From positions 62,001-126,000 of the forward strand of contig JAPDFW010000111.1 of the NCBI GenBank assembly GCA_028826165.1: DNA of 64,000 nt. The letters are read 5' to 3'. Made by a program: the position numbers and the translations under genes. Below are positions 31,120 through 43,800 of the stretch, piece after piece. Every line of letters begins with the position of its first letter. Positions within the stretch are counted from its first letter, which is position 1. The notes under the pieces are model-generated. The model was not told the DNA's origin and did no database searches. It worked only from the letters and a program-made list of their open reading frames with translations. Source of the stretch: Anaeramoeba ignava BMAN. Taxonomy: Eukaryota; Protista; Anaeramoebae.

Positions 31120-32537
31120 ATGGAAACAAACAATCAAAATTCAAAAGAAAAATTCAAACCAAAATTCGAAGAAAATTCAAAAAGAAATTTAAAGAAAATT
31201 CAAAAGAAAATTCAAAGAAAATTTAAAAGAAAATTCAAATCAAAAAAAAAAATGAAAATTCAAAAAGAAAATGAAAAGAAAATGAAAAAGAAAATGAAAA
31301 TGAAAAAAATCAAAATTTAAAAGAAAATTTAAATCAAAATCAAATTCAAATAAAAAAACAAACAAATTTTCATTTTGAAGAAAATACAGAAGAAAATATT
31401 GAGATTCAAACATCAAATTTACAAAAGAAAAAAGTAAAAAGATTAGCCTCAATAACAGGAATGAAAAAATTTGAAAATTTTTCTTTTGAAGAATTAAGAT
31501 ATTTTTATGAACAAACATCCAATTTAAGTGATCTTTTGAACAAGAGTGTAAATTTAGATAATGATAGCTTTGAATCTGAACAATTAACACCACTATTTCA
31601 CAGTTCAAAATCAATGACAATTCCAAGAGGATCAAAAATAGAACAAAATTCAATCAAAGAAAAAAAATTAAAAAGATTAAGAACTTTTTTAACTCAAAAT
31701 ATCAATGAATCCTTTAGGAAAACAAAAGAAGAAGAAAAATCAGAAAACGATCCAAAACCAACTGAAGCAATTCAAAGAAATGATAATTTTTCTGAACAAA
31801 AATTTAATAACCAAGAAAACAATCAAAACAATTTCCAATATTTTCCAAGAGAAAGATCAAAAACTATTAATGTACCTCAAAGGCATCAATTTGTCAAAAG
31901 AATAATGACAGAACCTCGAAATCAAATTAGTCCATTTCAAGAACAACAACAAAAAGAAGAACAAGAACAAAAAGAACAAGAAATATTAATTCCTCAATTA
32001 TCTCAACAATCAAATCAATTATTTCAAAAATTATTTAATGAAATTCGACAAGAATCTCAATTTGATAAATTATCTCAACAAAAACAACAATATCTAAGAA
32101 ATCAACCATTTAGATTTCAAACAACAAGATTTGGAAATGAAAACAAATTTGATTCTTATTTACAAAATCCAATTCAAAATCCAAATCAAAATCAAAATCA
32201 AAATCCAATTCAAAATCCAATTCAAAATCAAAATCAAAATCCAATTCAAATTCAAAATCCAATTCAAAATCCAATTCAAAACCAAAATCCAATTCAAAAT
32301 TCAATTCAAAATCAAATCCAAAATCAAAATCCAATTCAAAATCAAATTCAAAATCAAATCCAAATTCAAAATCAAATCCAAAATCAATCAAATCCTTCTT
32401 TTTCTTCTGAACTTATTCATCAACTTATCCAAGAAAATGAAAGATTAAAAAGAAAAGTTAAAACTTTATCAAATGCTTTTTGGTCTTTATTTTCTATTGT
32501 TGAAGAATTTCGAAATGATTCTAATAATATGTTTTGA
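31120..32537 (+). CDS. Hypothetical protein with a GLEBS-like motif, Q/N tract and C-terminal coiled coil
   Basis: The frame of ORF 31461 extends upstream to give RLASITGMKKFENFSFEELRYFYEQ. The 5' part from ATG 31120 is disrupted in A-runs. Confidence 0.5.
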
Positions 32538-32640
32538 TTTCGTTTTTTTTTTCAAAATTTTTTTTTTTCAATTTTTAAAAAGTAAAAATTCGTTAAAAAA
32601 ATTTATTTCATTTTTTTTTTCAATTTCTTTTAAAAATAAA

Positions 32641-35226
32641 ATGGAAAAACAAAAATATCTTGAATTTATTGATTATTATAATGATGTTGTAATGAGTTTA
32701 TTTCAAAATTCTGGTTGTGGTTTGTTATTATCGATTTATATTATTTTTTTAAAATAAATAATAAATAATTTTTCTTTTTAAAATAAAAATTTTTTTTAGA
32801 AAGAGATGCACATGATAGGATTTTTAATCTTCTTAAAGCAGATATTGATCCTTCAAAGTTTTTATTAAATCAATTTTAAATCAATTTTAAATCAATTTTA
32901 TATCAATTTTAAATCAATTTTATATCAATTTTAAATCAATTTTATATCAATTTTATATCAATTTTAAATCAATTTTAAATCAATTTTAAATCAATTTTAA
33001 ATCAATTTTATATCAATTTTAAATCAATTTTAAATCAATTTTATATCAATTTTAAATCAATTTTATATTAATTTTATATTAATTTTATATTAATTTTAAA
33101 TCAATTTTAAATCAATTTTAAATCAATTTTAAATCAATTTTAAATCAATTTTAAATCAATTTTAAATCAATTTTAAATTAATTTATTTAAATCAATTTTA
33201 TATTTTTTATATCAATTTTAAATCAATTTTAAATCAATTTTAAATCAATTTTAAATCAATTTTAAATCAATTTTAAATCAATTTTAAATCAATTTTAAAT
33301 CAATTTTAAAAATCAATTTTTAAATCAATTTTAAATCAATTTTATATTAATTTTAAATCAATTTTATATCAATTTTAAACCAATTTTTAATCAATTTTAA
33401 ATCAATTTTAAATCAATTTTAAATCAATTTTAATTTAATTTTAATCAATTTTATATCAATTTTATCAATCAATTTTAAATTAATTTTATATCAATTTTAT
33501 ATCAATTTTAAATTAATTTTATATTTTATATCAATTTAAATCAATTTTAAATCAATTTTAAATCAATTTTAAATCAATTTTAAATCAATTTTTAAATCAA
33601 TTTTAAATCAATTTTTAAATCAATTTTAAATCAATTTTAAAATCAATTTTAAATCAATTTTATATTAATTTTAAATCAATTTTAAATCAATTTTAAATCA
33701 ATTTTAAATTAATTTTTAAATCAATTTTAAATCAATTTTTAATCAATTTTAAATCAATTTTATATTAATTTTATATTAATTTTAAATCAATTTATATCAA
33801 TTTTAAATCAATTTTAAAACCAATTTTAAACCAATTTTAAAACCAATTTTAAATCAATTTTAAATCAATTTTTAAAATCAATTTTAAATCAATTTTAAAT
33901 CAATTTTAAATCAATTTTTAAATCAATTTTAAATCAATTTTAAATCAATTTTAAATCAATTTTAAATCAATTTTATATCAATTTTAAATCAATTTTAAAT
34001 CAATTTTATATCAATTTTATATCAATTTTAAATCAATTTTATATCAATTTTATATCAATTTTATATCAATTTTATATCAATTTTAAATCAATTTTAATTT
34101 AATTTTATATCAATTTTATATCAATTTTAAATCAATTTTATATCAATTTTATATCAATTTTAAATCAATTTTATATCAATTTTATATCAATTTTATATCA
34201 ATTTTATATCAATTTTAAATCAATTTTAATTTAATTTTATATCAATTTTATATCAATTTTAAATCAATTTTATATCAATTTTAAATCAATTTTAAATCAA
34301 TTTTAAATTAATTTTAAATCAATTTTAAATCAAATCAATTTATAGAGAAATTGGTGATGAATTGATAAAATCATTATTAAATCCTCCAAATTATGAAATT
34401 GCAATTGATTCTTATAATTTACTTATGAAAATTTTAAAAAATAAAAAAGTATCATCATTTTAAAAAAAATTCATTTATAATTTAAAATTTATAATTTAAA
34501 AAATTTAAATTTTGAAAGTTAAACGATTTTGTATTAGAAAAAACTTTAATTAACCCATTCAATATTTTAAATATTATCAACAAAATCATTGAGAATATTA
34601 AAGATGAAACATTGATTCACGGATTGATTTTATTTCTTAAATTATTATTCCAATTTATCAAAACAAAAGAAATCAAACTTCCAACAAAACTAAAAACACA
34701 AATGATTCCAAAATTATTTAAACTTAAAAGAGTTTTGAAAAAAAAAAAAAAAGGATTTAGTTCAGAAATATTAGAATTTATTGCGATTATTACAAATTTA
34801 TCAACACATTCAAGCAATATTTATGAAATTATAAAAAATTTTGATAATTTAGATGATGAAATGATGTTTATTTTCCAAAAATTAGAAAATGAATCAAAAT
34901 TTAATTTTTCAATTTGTTTTTTAGCTCATAGATCAAATATTTATAAAACAAAATATCCAAGAATAACTGATGTTTCAAAAGATTTACCTAAATTTATTTG
35001 CCAAATTCATTTTAAATTAAGTGAATCTAATTTGTTCCACTTTTATATTTTATTATGGTTTATTGTTTTTTGTTTAAAAAGCAATAAATTAGAGAATTCT
35101 CCAAAATTGAAAAAAAGATTAATTAAAATTGAAAAAGAGAGTTCTAAAACTGTTTCAAATTCTTTATTTCAATCATTTTTTATTGAAAAGAATTTAGAAT
35201 TAAATTCTTTAATAAAAGATTTTTAA
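32641..35226 (+). CDS. Hypothetical multi-exon protein
   Basis: ATG at 32641, small exons (~32641-32715, 32800-32857, 34347-34448) and a terminal exon ~34519-35226. No domain recognised. Confidence 0.5.
32858..34346 (+). repeat. Intron filled with an 11-bp (atcaattttaa/atcaattttat) satellite
   Basis: About 1.5 kb of tandem repeat between GT and AG. Confidence 0.88.
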
Positions 35227-35291
35227 ATTAAAAATTTTTTTTTTTCTTTTTTTTTTTTCATTTTTTTTTTAATTTAATTTTTTTTAATTTA

Positions 35292-38200
35292 ATGTCAGAT
35301 AAAGAAGAAAATAAAGAAGAAAAAAATAACGGAAAAAATAAAGAAAATGATTCTAAAACAGAAAATGATATAAAAGAAATAATTGAAAATCAAGAAGATG
35401 TAAAAAAAAAAAACAAAAAAAAATTTTTTATAATTAAAAATAATAATTTAAATAAAACAAACTTTATTTAGGAAACAAAAAACCAAGAAATGAATCTTAA
35501 TTTAGTAAATTCAATTAAAAAATTTAATTAAAAATTTAAATAAAAATTCAATTAAAAAATTTAATTAAAAAATTCAATTAAAAAATTTAATTAAAAATTT
35601 AATTAAAAATTTAAATAAAAATTTAATTGATTACTTATTAAATAGCATCAAAATGAAAATCAACAAAAAATTATTTATGAAGAACAAACTCTTATAGAAG
35701 GAGAAGTTGAAATTACTCTTATTGATAAGATTATTTATATTTTTCCTCAAGATCAAGATGAAAAAAAACAACATTTTTATGGTGTTCTTCGTTTAACAAA
35801 TTATCGTCTTTATTTTATTCCAACTGAATTAGATTCTATAGTAATTTATTCTTCTTATTTTCTTATTATTTATTTATTTATTTAAAATACTTTTTTTTTA
35901 GAAATTTATTCCTTCTCAAAATTTTCCTGAAATTACTCTTGGAAATATTGCTTCAATTGAAAAATTTGGTGGAATTAAAAGCAAAAGTAAAAATTAAAAT
36001 TAAAATTAAAATCAAAATTAAAATTAAAATGAAAATTTAAATTAAAATTAAAATTCAAAATTAAAATCAAAATTAAAATCAAAATAAAAATTAAAATTAA
36101 AATTAAAATTAAAATAAAAATTAAAATTAAAAATTAAATTAAAATTAAAATTAAAATTAAATTAAAAAAAATTAAAATTAAAATCAAAAATTAAAATTAA
36201 AATTAAAATTAAAATTAAAATTAAAATTAAAATTAAAATTAAAATTAAAATTAAAATTAAATTAAAATTAAAATTAAAATTAAAATTAAAATTAAAATTA
36301 AAATTAAAATTAAAATTAAAATTAAAAATCAAAATTAAAATTAAAAATTAAATTAAAATTAAAATTAAAATTAAAATTAAAATTAAAAATTAAAATTAAA
36401 TTTAAAAAATTAAAATTAAAATTAAAATTAATATTAAAATTAAAATTCATATTAAAATTAAAAATTAAAATTAAAATTAAAATTAAAATCAAAATTAATT
36501 TATAAAATTAAAATTAAAATTAAAAATTAAAATTAAAATTAAAATTAAAATTAAAATTAAAATTAAAATTAAAATTAAAAATGTTTTTTCAGATATTTTG
36601 GGATTCGGATTTGAAATTTTGCATAAAGAATTTAAAAAAACTAAATTCTATATTCCATATAAAAGGATAATATCAAAAAATTTTATTGAAAGTTTAGAAC
36701 AATTAATAACACCAACTAAAATACAAGATACTTTTGCTTTCTCACATAAAAAACAAAAAGATATTGATGATGGTTGGCAAATTTATAATCCTATTGAAGA
36801 ATTTAAAAGATTTGGTAGAAAATTTAAAATTAAAATTAAAATTAAAATTAAAATTAAAATTAAAATTAAAATTAAAATTAAAATTAAAATTTAAAATTAA
36901 AATCAAAAATTAAAATTTAAAATTAAAATTAAAATTAAAATTAAAATTAAAATTAAAATCAAAATTAAAATTAAAATTCAAATTAAAATCAAAATTATTA
37001 TTAAAATTAAAATCAAAATCAAAATTATTATTAAAATTAAAATTAAAAATTAAAATTAAAATTAAAATTAAAATTAAAATTAAAATTAAAATTAAAATTA
37101 AAATTAAAATTAAAATTAAAATTAAAATTAAAATTAAAATTAAAATTAAAATTATTAAAAAAAGAAATTCCAAATGATTCCTGGAGAATTTCTCAATATA
37201 ATGATGAATATAAATTATCTGAAACATATCCTTCTCATTTAATAATTCCAAATGATTTAAAAGATGAAGAATTAACTAATATTGCTTCCTCAAGATTTTT
37301 AAACAGAATTCCAGTATTAGTATGGAAAAATAATTCAGATACAGTTTTTTTATTACGAGGAGCACAATCTAAACAAGGTTTTTTTTTTAAAATTAAAATT
37401 TTCATTTTAAAATTAAAATTTAAAATTAAAATTAAAATTAAAATTAAAATTAAAATTAAAATTAAAATTAAAATTAAAATTAAAATTAAAAATTAAAATT
37501 ATTAAAATTAAAATTAAAAATTGAAAAAATTTATTTTAAAAATTAAAATTTAAAAATGAAAATTAAAATTAAAATTCAAATTTTAAAACAGAAAATTAAA
37601 AAAAAAATTCAGAAAATTAAAATTAAAATTTATTTTAAAATTAAAATTAAAATTAAAATTAAAATTAAAATTAAAATTCAAATTCAAATTAAAATTAAAA
37701 TTAAAATTAAAATTAAAATTAAAATTAAAATTAAAATTAAAATTAAAATTAAAATTCATTTTAAAATTAAAATTAAAATTCATTTTGAAATTTAAAATTA
37801 AAAATTCATTTTAAAATTAAAATTAAAATTAAAATTAAAATTAAAATTAAAATTCATTTAAAATTTAAAATCAAAATTAAAATTCATTTGAAATTGAAAT
37901 TAAAAATTGAAATTAAAATTTTGAAATTAAAATTCATTTTAAAAAACTAGAGAAAAAAACAGCATCTTATGATGAAAAATACATCAAAGAAATAATCGAA
38001 CTTACAAAAAACAAAGGAGATTTTATAATCATAGATTGCCAAAACAAAAAAAACACATCCAAAAACAAAAACAAAAACAAAAACAAAAACAACAAAAAAG
38101 AATTAACAAAAATAGAAAGTGATTACGGATGTAAAATTGAATTTTTAGGGATAAGTGCCAAAAAAGTTATCGAAGAAAGTATAAACAAACTAAGAAACTT

Positions 38201-40767
38201 ATGCCTATTTTCATCAAACCTATTCAAACTATCAAACGAAAATAAGAAATGGTACAGTTCACTTGAAGAAACAAATTGGATCAATCATTTAAAAACTATC
38301 ATTTCATCATCAATACAAATTGGAAATTACTTGAACAACAACACATCAGTATTGATTCAATCAGCAAACGGAAGAGATCGGAGTGTTACAAGCGATACTC
38401 CAATATTATGTCGTTTAGAAGGAGACTCAAATGTGTTTATACGGCGAATAGAAGAACTTTATAATAATCAAAATGAATGGGTTTTAAATTCAAGAATAAA
38501 AAATAAGGAAACTTGTTTTCCTTTGAATAATTTGGAAGTTTGGACAGAAGATGGATTTGTCAAAGTTTATCAAATCGTTCGCCATAAAACTTGCGAGGAA
38601 ATTGTAAGAGTCGTGACAGACTCAGGTTCTGTTGATGTGACAAAAGGTCATAGTTTGTTGGATTTAAATGGAAATTGTGTTAAAATTGATAATGTTGATT
38701 TGGGTCATCCAATTCTTCACCATAAATTCTCTTCTTATCACCAAAAAAATACCAATTCTTCCCTCAAAATATCAGATAATTTAAACGCGCTTTTTGTGAA
38801 TAACCAAATTGCTTGGAGTTTTGGTTTTTTTGCTGCTTTTTCTCAGTGCGAATCTGGAAATAATTGGAAAATTACTCATTTTGATCACAATTTAATATTA
38901 AAATTCAAAAGTATTTTCGAGAATATTTTCATCAATTTAAAGGATAAAAACCAAAATATCAAGATGTCAAAAAATAGCAATCAAAGCATTTTTAAAATCA
39001 CTTTCAACATCGAAAATATCAATAATCGAAAATATGAATTATCATTAAATAACCCATTTTCTTCAAATCAAAAAACACTTTCAGAGCAATTCAATAAGTT
39101 TTTATGCAATCAATTTTTCCATTTTTCAGGAGAAAGAAAAATTCCTGATTTTGTTTTGAATTGGAATTCTCAATTTCAAAAGTCATTTTTTGATGGATTA
39201 GTTGGAAATAATTTATCAAAACCCAAAAAATTACAAAATCAAAAAATCAAGATTAACTCAAAAAGCAAATTATATATTTCAGGAATATATCTTCTTGTTG
39301 AAGAAATTGGGGAAATGAATATAAAAATAGAATTCAATGAAAAAAGTGAAGAATTTGAAATTGAAGTTTCAAAGAAAAAGGAAACAGAAAGAAATCAAAA
39401 GAAACCAAATCTATCAAGTTGCGTGAAACAAAAAATAAAAATAGGAGTTTCAAATCAATATGTATATGATTTGTCAACAAGAAACGAGCATTTTCAAGCA
39501 GGAATAGGAAATATTATTGTTCACAATACAGCACAATTATCATCATTAACACAATTACTTGAGGATCATTTTTATCGAACAATTCGAGGATTTGAAATTT
39601 TAATTGAAAAAGAATGGATTAGTTTTGGGCATGATTTTGGAATTTTTCGAAATTTTTCCAAAAAGAAAAATAATGAAAAACCAAGTTATTCTATTTTTAT
39701 TCAATGGATTGATTGTGTTTATCAAGTTCTTCATCAATTCCCAAATGCTTTTGAATTTAATGAAGATTTACTGATTAATATTCTTGAAAATCTTTTTAGT
39801 CTTAAATTTGGAACATTTATTTTTCCTTTTGAAAAAGATCGAAAGGAAAATAATATTCATTTAAATACTTATTCACTTTGGACTTCTATTAATGAGAATT
39901 TGGATTTATTTGTTAATCCTATGTATCAACCTGTTAAAGAACCTCTTAGACCAAGTGTTTTTACTCGACATATTGCATTTTGGGAAAGGTAGATAAATTA
40001 AATTAAAATTCATTTATAAAATTAAAATTAAAATTAAAATTAAAATTAAAATTAAAATTAAAATTAAAATTAAAATTCATTTATAAAATTAATTTTTAGA
40101 TATTATATGAAAAGTTTATTTTCTCAAAAAATTCAAGAAGAAACAAAAACAATTCAAAGAATTCTTCAAGAATGTTCAAAATTATCTCAAGAAATGAGTT
40201 TATTTGAAAAAGAAAATATTAAAGCATTAGAATATCAAAATAGATTATTGAAAGAATTAGAAGAATTAAAAAAACAACAAAATGATGAAACTCCTTTAAA
40301 TTTTTCAAGTTCAGATGAAGATGATGAAAAAGAAAAAGAAAAAGAAAAAGAAAATGAAAATAATAAAGAAAATGAAAAAGAAAAAGATAAAAGAAAGTGA
40401 TAATGAAAATGATAATGAAAAATGAAAATGAAAAATGATAAAAGAAAATGATAAATAAAAAATGATAAAGAAAATGAAAATGAAAATGAAAAAGAAAAAG
40501 AAAAAGATAAAGAAAAAGAAAAAGAAAATGAAAATGAAAATGAAAATGAAAATGATAAAGAAAATGATAAAGAAAAAGATAAAGAAAATGATAAAGAAAA
40601 TGATAATGAAAATGATAAAGAAGATGATAAAGAAAAAGATAATGAAAATGATAAAGAAGATGATAAAGAAGATGAAAAAGAAAAAAAAGATAAATAATTT
40701 TGTTCGTTTTAAAATTATCTTTTCAAGATTTTTTTTAAAACAAATTCTAATTTCATTTTTAAGTTAA
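35292..40767 (+). CDS. Myotubularin-related (GRAM + PTP-like) protein with an intein, probably a pseudophosphatase
   Basis: GVLRLTNYRL (GRAM), DGWQIYNPIEEFKRF, WRISQYNDEYKLSETYP, SRFLNRIPVLVW, FYRTIRGFEILIEKEWISFGH, FIQWIDCVYQVLHQFPNAFEFNE and a C-terminal coiled coil. The 3' end is uncertain. Confidence 0.92.
38382..39527 (+). mobile_element. Intein 3 (382 aa) in the myotubularin P-loop
   Basis: GRDR|SVTSDTPILCR...VDVTKGHSL...YVYDLSTRNEHFQAGIGNIIVHN|TAQLSSL: Ser1, block B, His-Asn end and +1 Thr. Confidence 0.95.
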
Positions 40768-40854
40768 TCATATTTCAAATTAATAAAATCGTTTTTAATT
40801 TTTATTTTTTAATTTTGAATTAATTTTTAATTAAATTTTAATTAAATTTGAATT

Positions 40855-43800
40855 TTAATTTTCTTTCTTTTTTTCATCATTTTCTTTTAAAATTTCGATT
40901 TGAGTTTCAACTTCTTTTTGTTCTTCTTTTTGTTCATCTTTTTTTCTAATCCAAACTTTTGGAGATTGTTTTTTAATTAAATTATTCTTTGAATTTTGAT
41001 TTTGATTTTCAATTTGATTTTCAATTTGATTTTCAATTTGATTTTGATTTTTCTTTTTTGTCCAAATATGAGGAGATTTATTTAAATTTTGTTTCTGTTT
41101 CTGTTTTTTCTGTTTTTGATTTTCATTTTGATTTTTATTTTCATTCTGGTTTTCATTTTTTCTAATCCAAACTTTTGGAGATTTATTTTGATTTTCATTT
41201 TCATTTTGATTTTGATTTTGATTTTGATTTTGATTTTGATTTTCATTTTCATTTTGATTTTCAATTTGATTTTCATTTTCATTTTGATTTTGATTTTGAT
41301 TTTGATTTTGATTTTGATTTTGATTTTGATTTTCAATTTTGATTTTGATTTTGATTTTGATTTTGATTTTGATTTTGATTTTGATTTTGATTTTGATTTT
41401 GATTTTGATTTTCAATTTGATTTTGATTTTCCTTTTTCTTTTTTGTCCAAATATGAGGAGATTTATTTAAATTTTGATTTTGATTTTGATTATCATTTTT
41501 CTTGAAATTCTTTGGAGATGAAATTTTTTGAACTTTAATTTTATTTTCTGGAATATTATAATTATAATTTATATTATTCAAACTAATTAAATCTCGAGTA
41601 GATAAACGAGCACCTTTTCTAAACAAAGATCTTCCACCCAAATTAGTAGCACCAACAAATTCATTTTCAAAAAGAACATCTGCAGTTTTTGTTGTTTGAT
41701 TAATTTGAATAATAGTTCCACGAGATCCAAAAGGAGGAATTCCTGTTTTGTTAACACTAATTACTTTCTCTCCAAGATCTAAATATTGTTGAGATGTTAT
41801 TGAATCAGTTTGCTGATTTCCACGAATTAATAAACTTTCATTCACATTATCAATTCTCAATTTGGAAAGTTTTCGAAATTTTTTTGGATTGTAAAAATTA
41901 TCCAAATTTCTCACTTGAGATTTCATTAAACAAAAATCATTCGATGAAACATGTTGCAATTCTATTTGCGAAGATGGAAGTGATTGAATCCATTCAAAAA
42001 CAACTTTAACATATTCATTTTCACGCATTGGAAGCTTGATATTATTAAAAAATTTAAAGTGCGAATCATTTTGAGGTTTTAATCTATTCAAAGCATAAAA
42101 AACTTGTGGGAATTTCCTTTTATAATTTTGAAGAATATGAAATGCATCAGGACTCAAGAATAAATCGTTATTCCGTGTTTGCCAACTATTTGAATATGAA
42201 ATTAAACCTGGTTTTAATAAAGATTCCTTATAGAAATAGAAATTCAATCCAATATTATATTTTCCAATATAAATACTTCGAAGAATTTTTTGAAGAACAC
42301 TTAATCTTGTTCTCATTATTTTGGCAACTGTTAGTATTGAGATCCATTGAGATCTCAATTTATTGTGTCGAAATTGATGGAAAGAAGATAATTCAATCGA
42401 AAAAGTATGTTTTTCAGGAAAAGATTGAATGATTTTTCCTGTTGCTCCATAATATTTTTTGCCAATATAAATCACATTTTCTTCATTTAGAATTTTGTAA
42501 TCAATTTTTCTTTTATTTGTTACATTGAATAAATCAAAAAGAACAAGATCTAAAGGAACTTGAAATGAAACTGAATTTGGATTTGAATTGTAATTAGAAT
42601 CTAAATTTGAATTTGAGTTTGAATTCCATAAATCTAAATTTTGATTTGAATTATAATTATAATTATAATCTGAATTTGAATTATAATTATAATCTAAATT
42701 TGAATTATAATCTGAATTTGAATTGTAATTATAATTGTAATTGTAATTATAATTGGAATCATTTTGAAAATTATAAATTGTTTCTTCATTTTCACTTGAA
42801 GCATAAACAATTGCTATTGGATTGTTTTGTAAAGTTACTCCATTTTGTTTCGATAATATACCTAATGTTTTTTCAACTTCTTCTTCATAATTGATCTGAT
42901 AAGATTCAGATTGATTATAATACCATCCATTATTAAAAACAATTCCAGTTATTCTTGCTTTGAAAAAAAATGGATAATTGATAAAACATGGAACTCCAAT
43001 ATAATCAAGATGATTTGTTGAATAATTAAAATCTCCATTTAAAACACGAATAGTAACCATTGGATAATATCTATTTGTTGATGATTGAAATTGCAAAAAG
43101 GAAAAAGATGGAAATCCATAAGGAATATAACTGGAAATATATTGATTTTCTTGATTAGGAAATTGGATTGTTTGCTTTTTTGGTTCAAATTTTCTGATAA
43201 TTTTTTGGATTTCTTTTGTACTTTTGCATTCTTTCAAATCTTTAAAACCTGGAATATTAGAATGAATAATTTCTCTGGATATTTTCTGACTGAATTTAAA
43301 CACCAAATTATCCCAATTATATTGATTTAATTCCTTTTCTTTTTTCTTTAATTTGTTTTCAAGATCAGCTTCTTTAATAGCTTTTACAACAGTTTCAACA
43401 TCAATAATTGGGACATAATTTGCAAAATTAATCCGAGCTTCTCTTGTGCTAAAATCATCAATTTCCAGAATATTTTCAGGGAAAAAATGCTTAATTGGTG
43501 ATTCTTTGCTTGTCAATAAAGACCGAAAAGATTCAGGAAGAAGAGAAGCACTTTGAGGCGGCAAAACCATAAGTAATGAATATAAAATTGGAAGTGGCTC
43601 AGTTGATCCAAAATTAATATTATCAAAAAACTCTTGATACCCTGATAAATCCTTTAGAAAAGGTGAGAAGCAATAGGGATATTGCCAATCCCAAGAAGGT
43701 GTTCCATAATAATAATATGAAGTGCAAAATGCTAATCCTTGTAAATATGATTGAAATACTTTTTCGATATGATTTGATGAGTATTCTTGTTGAAATAATT

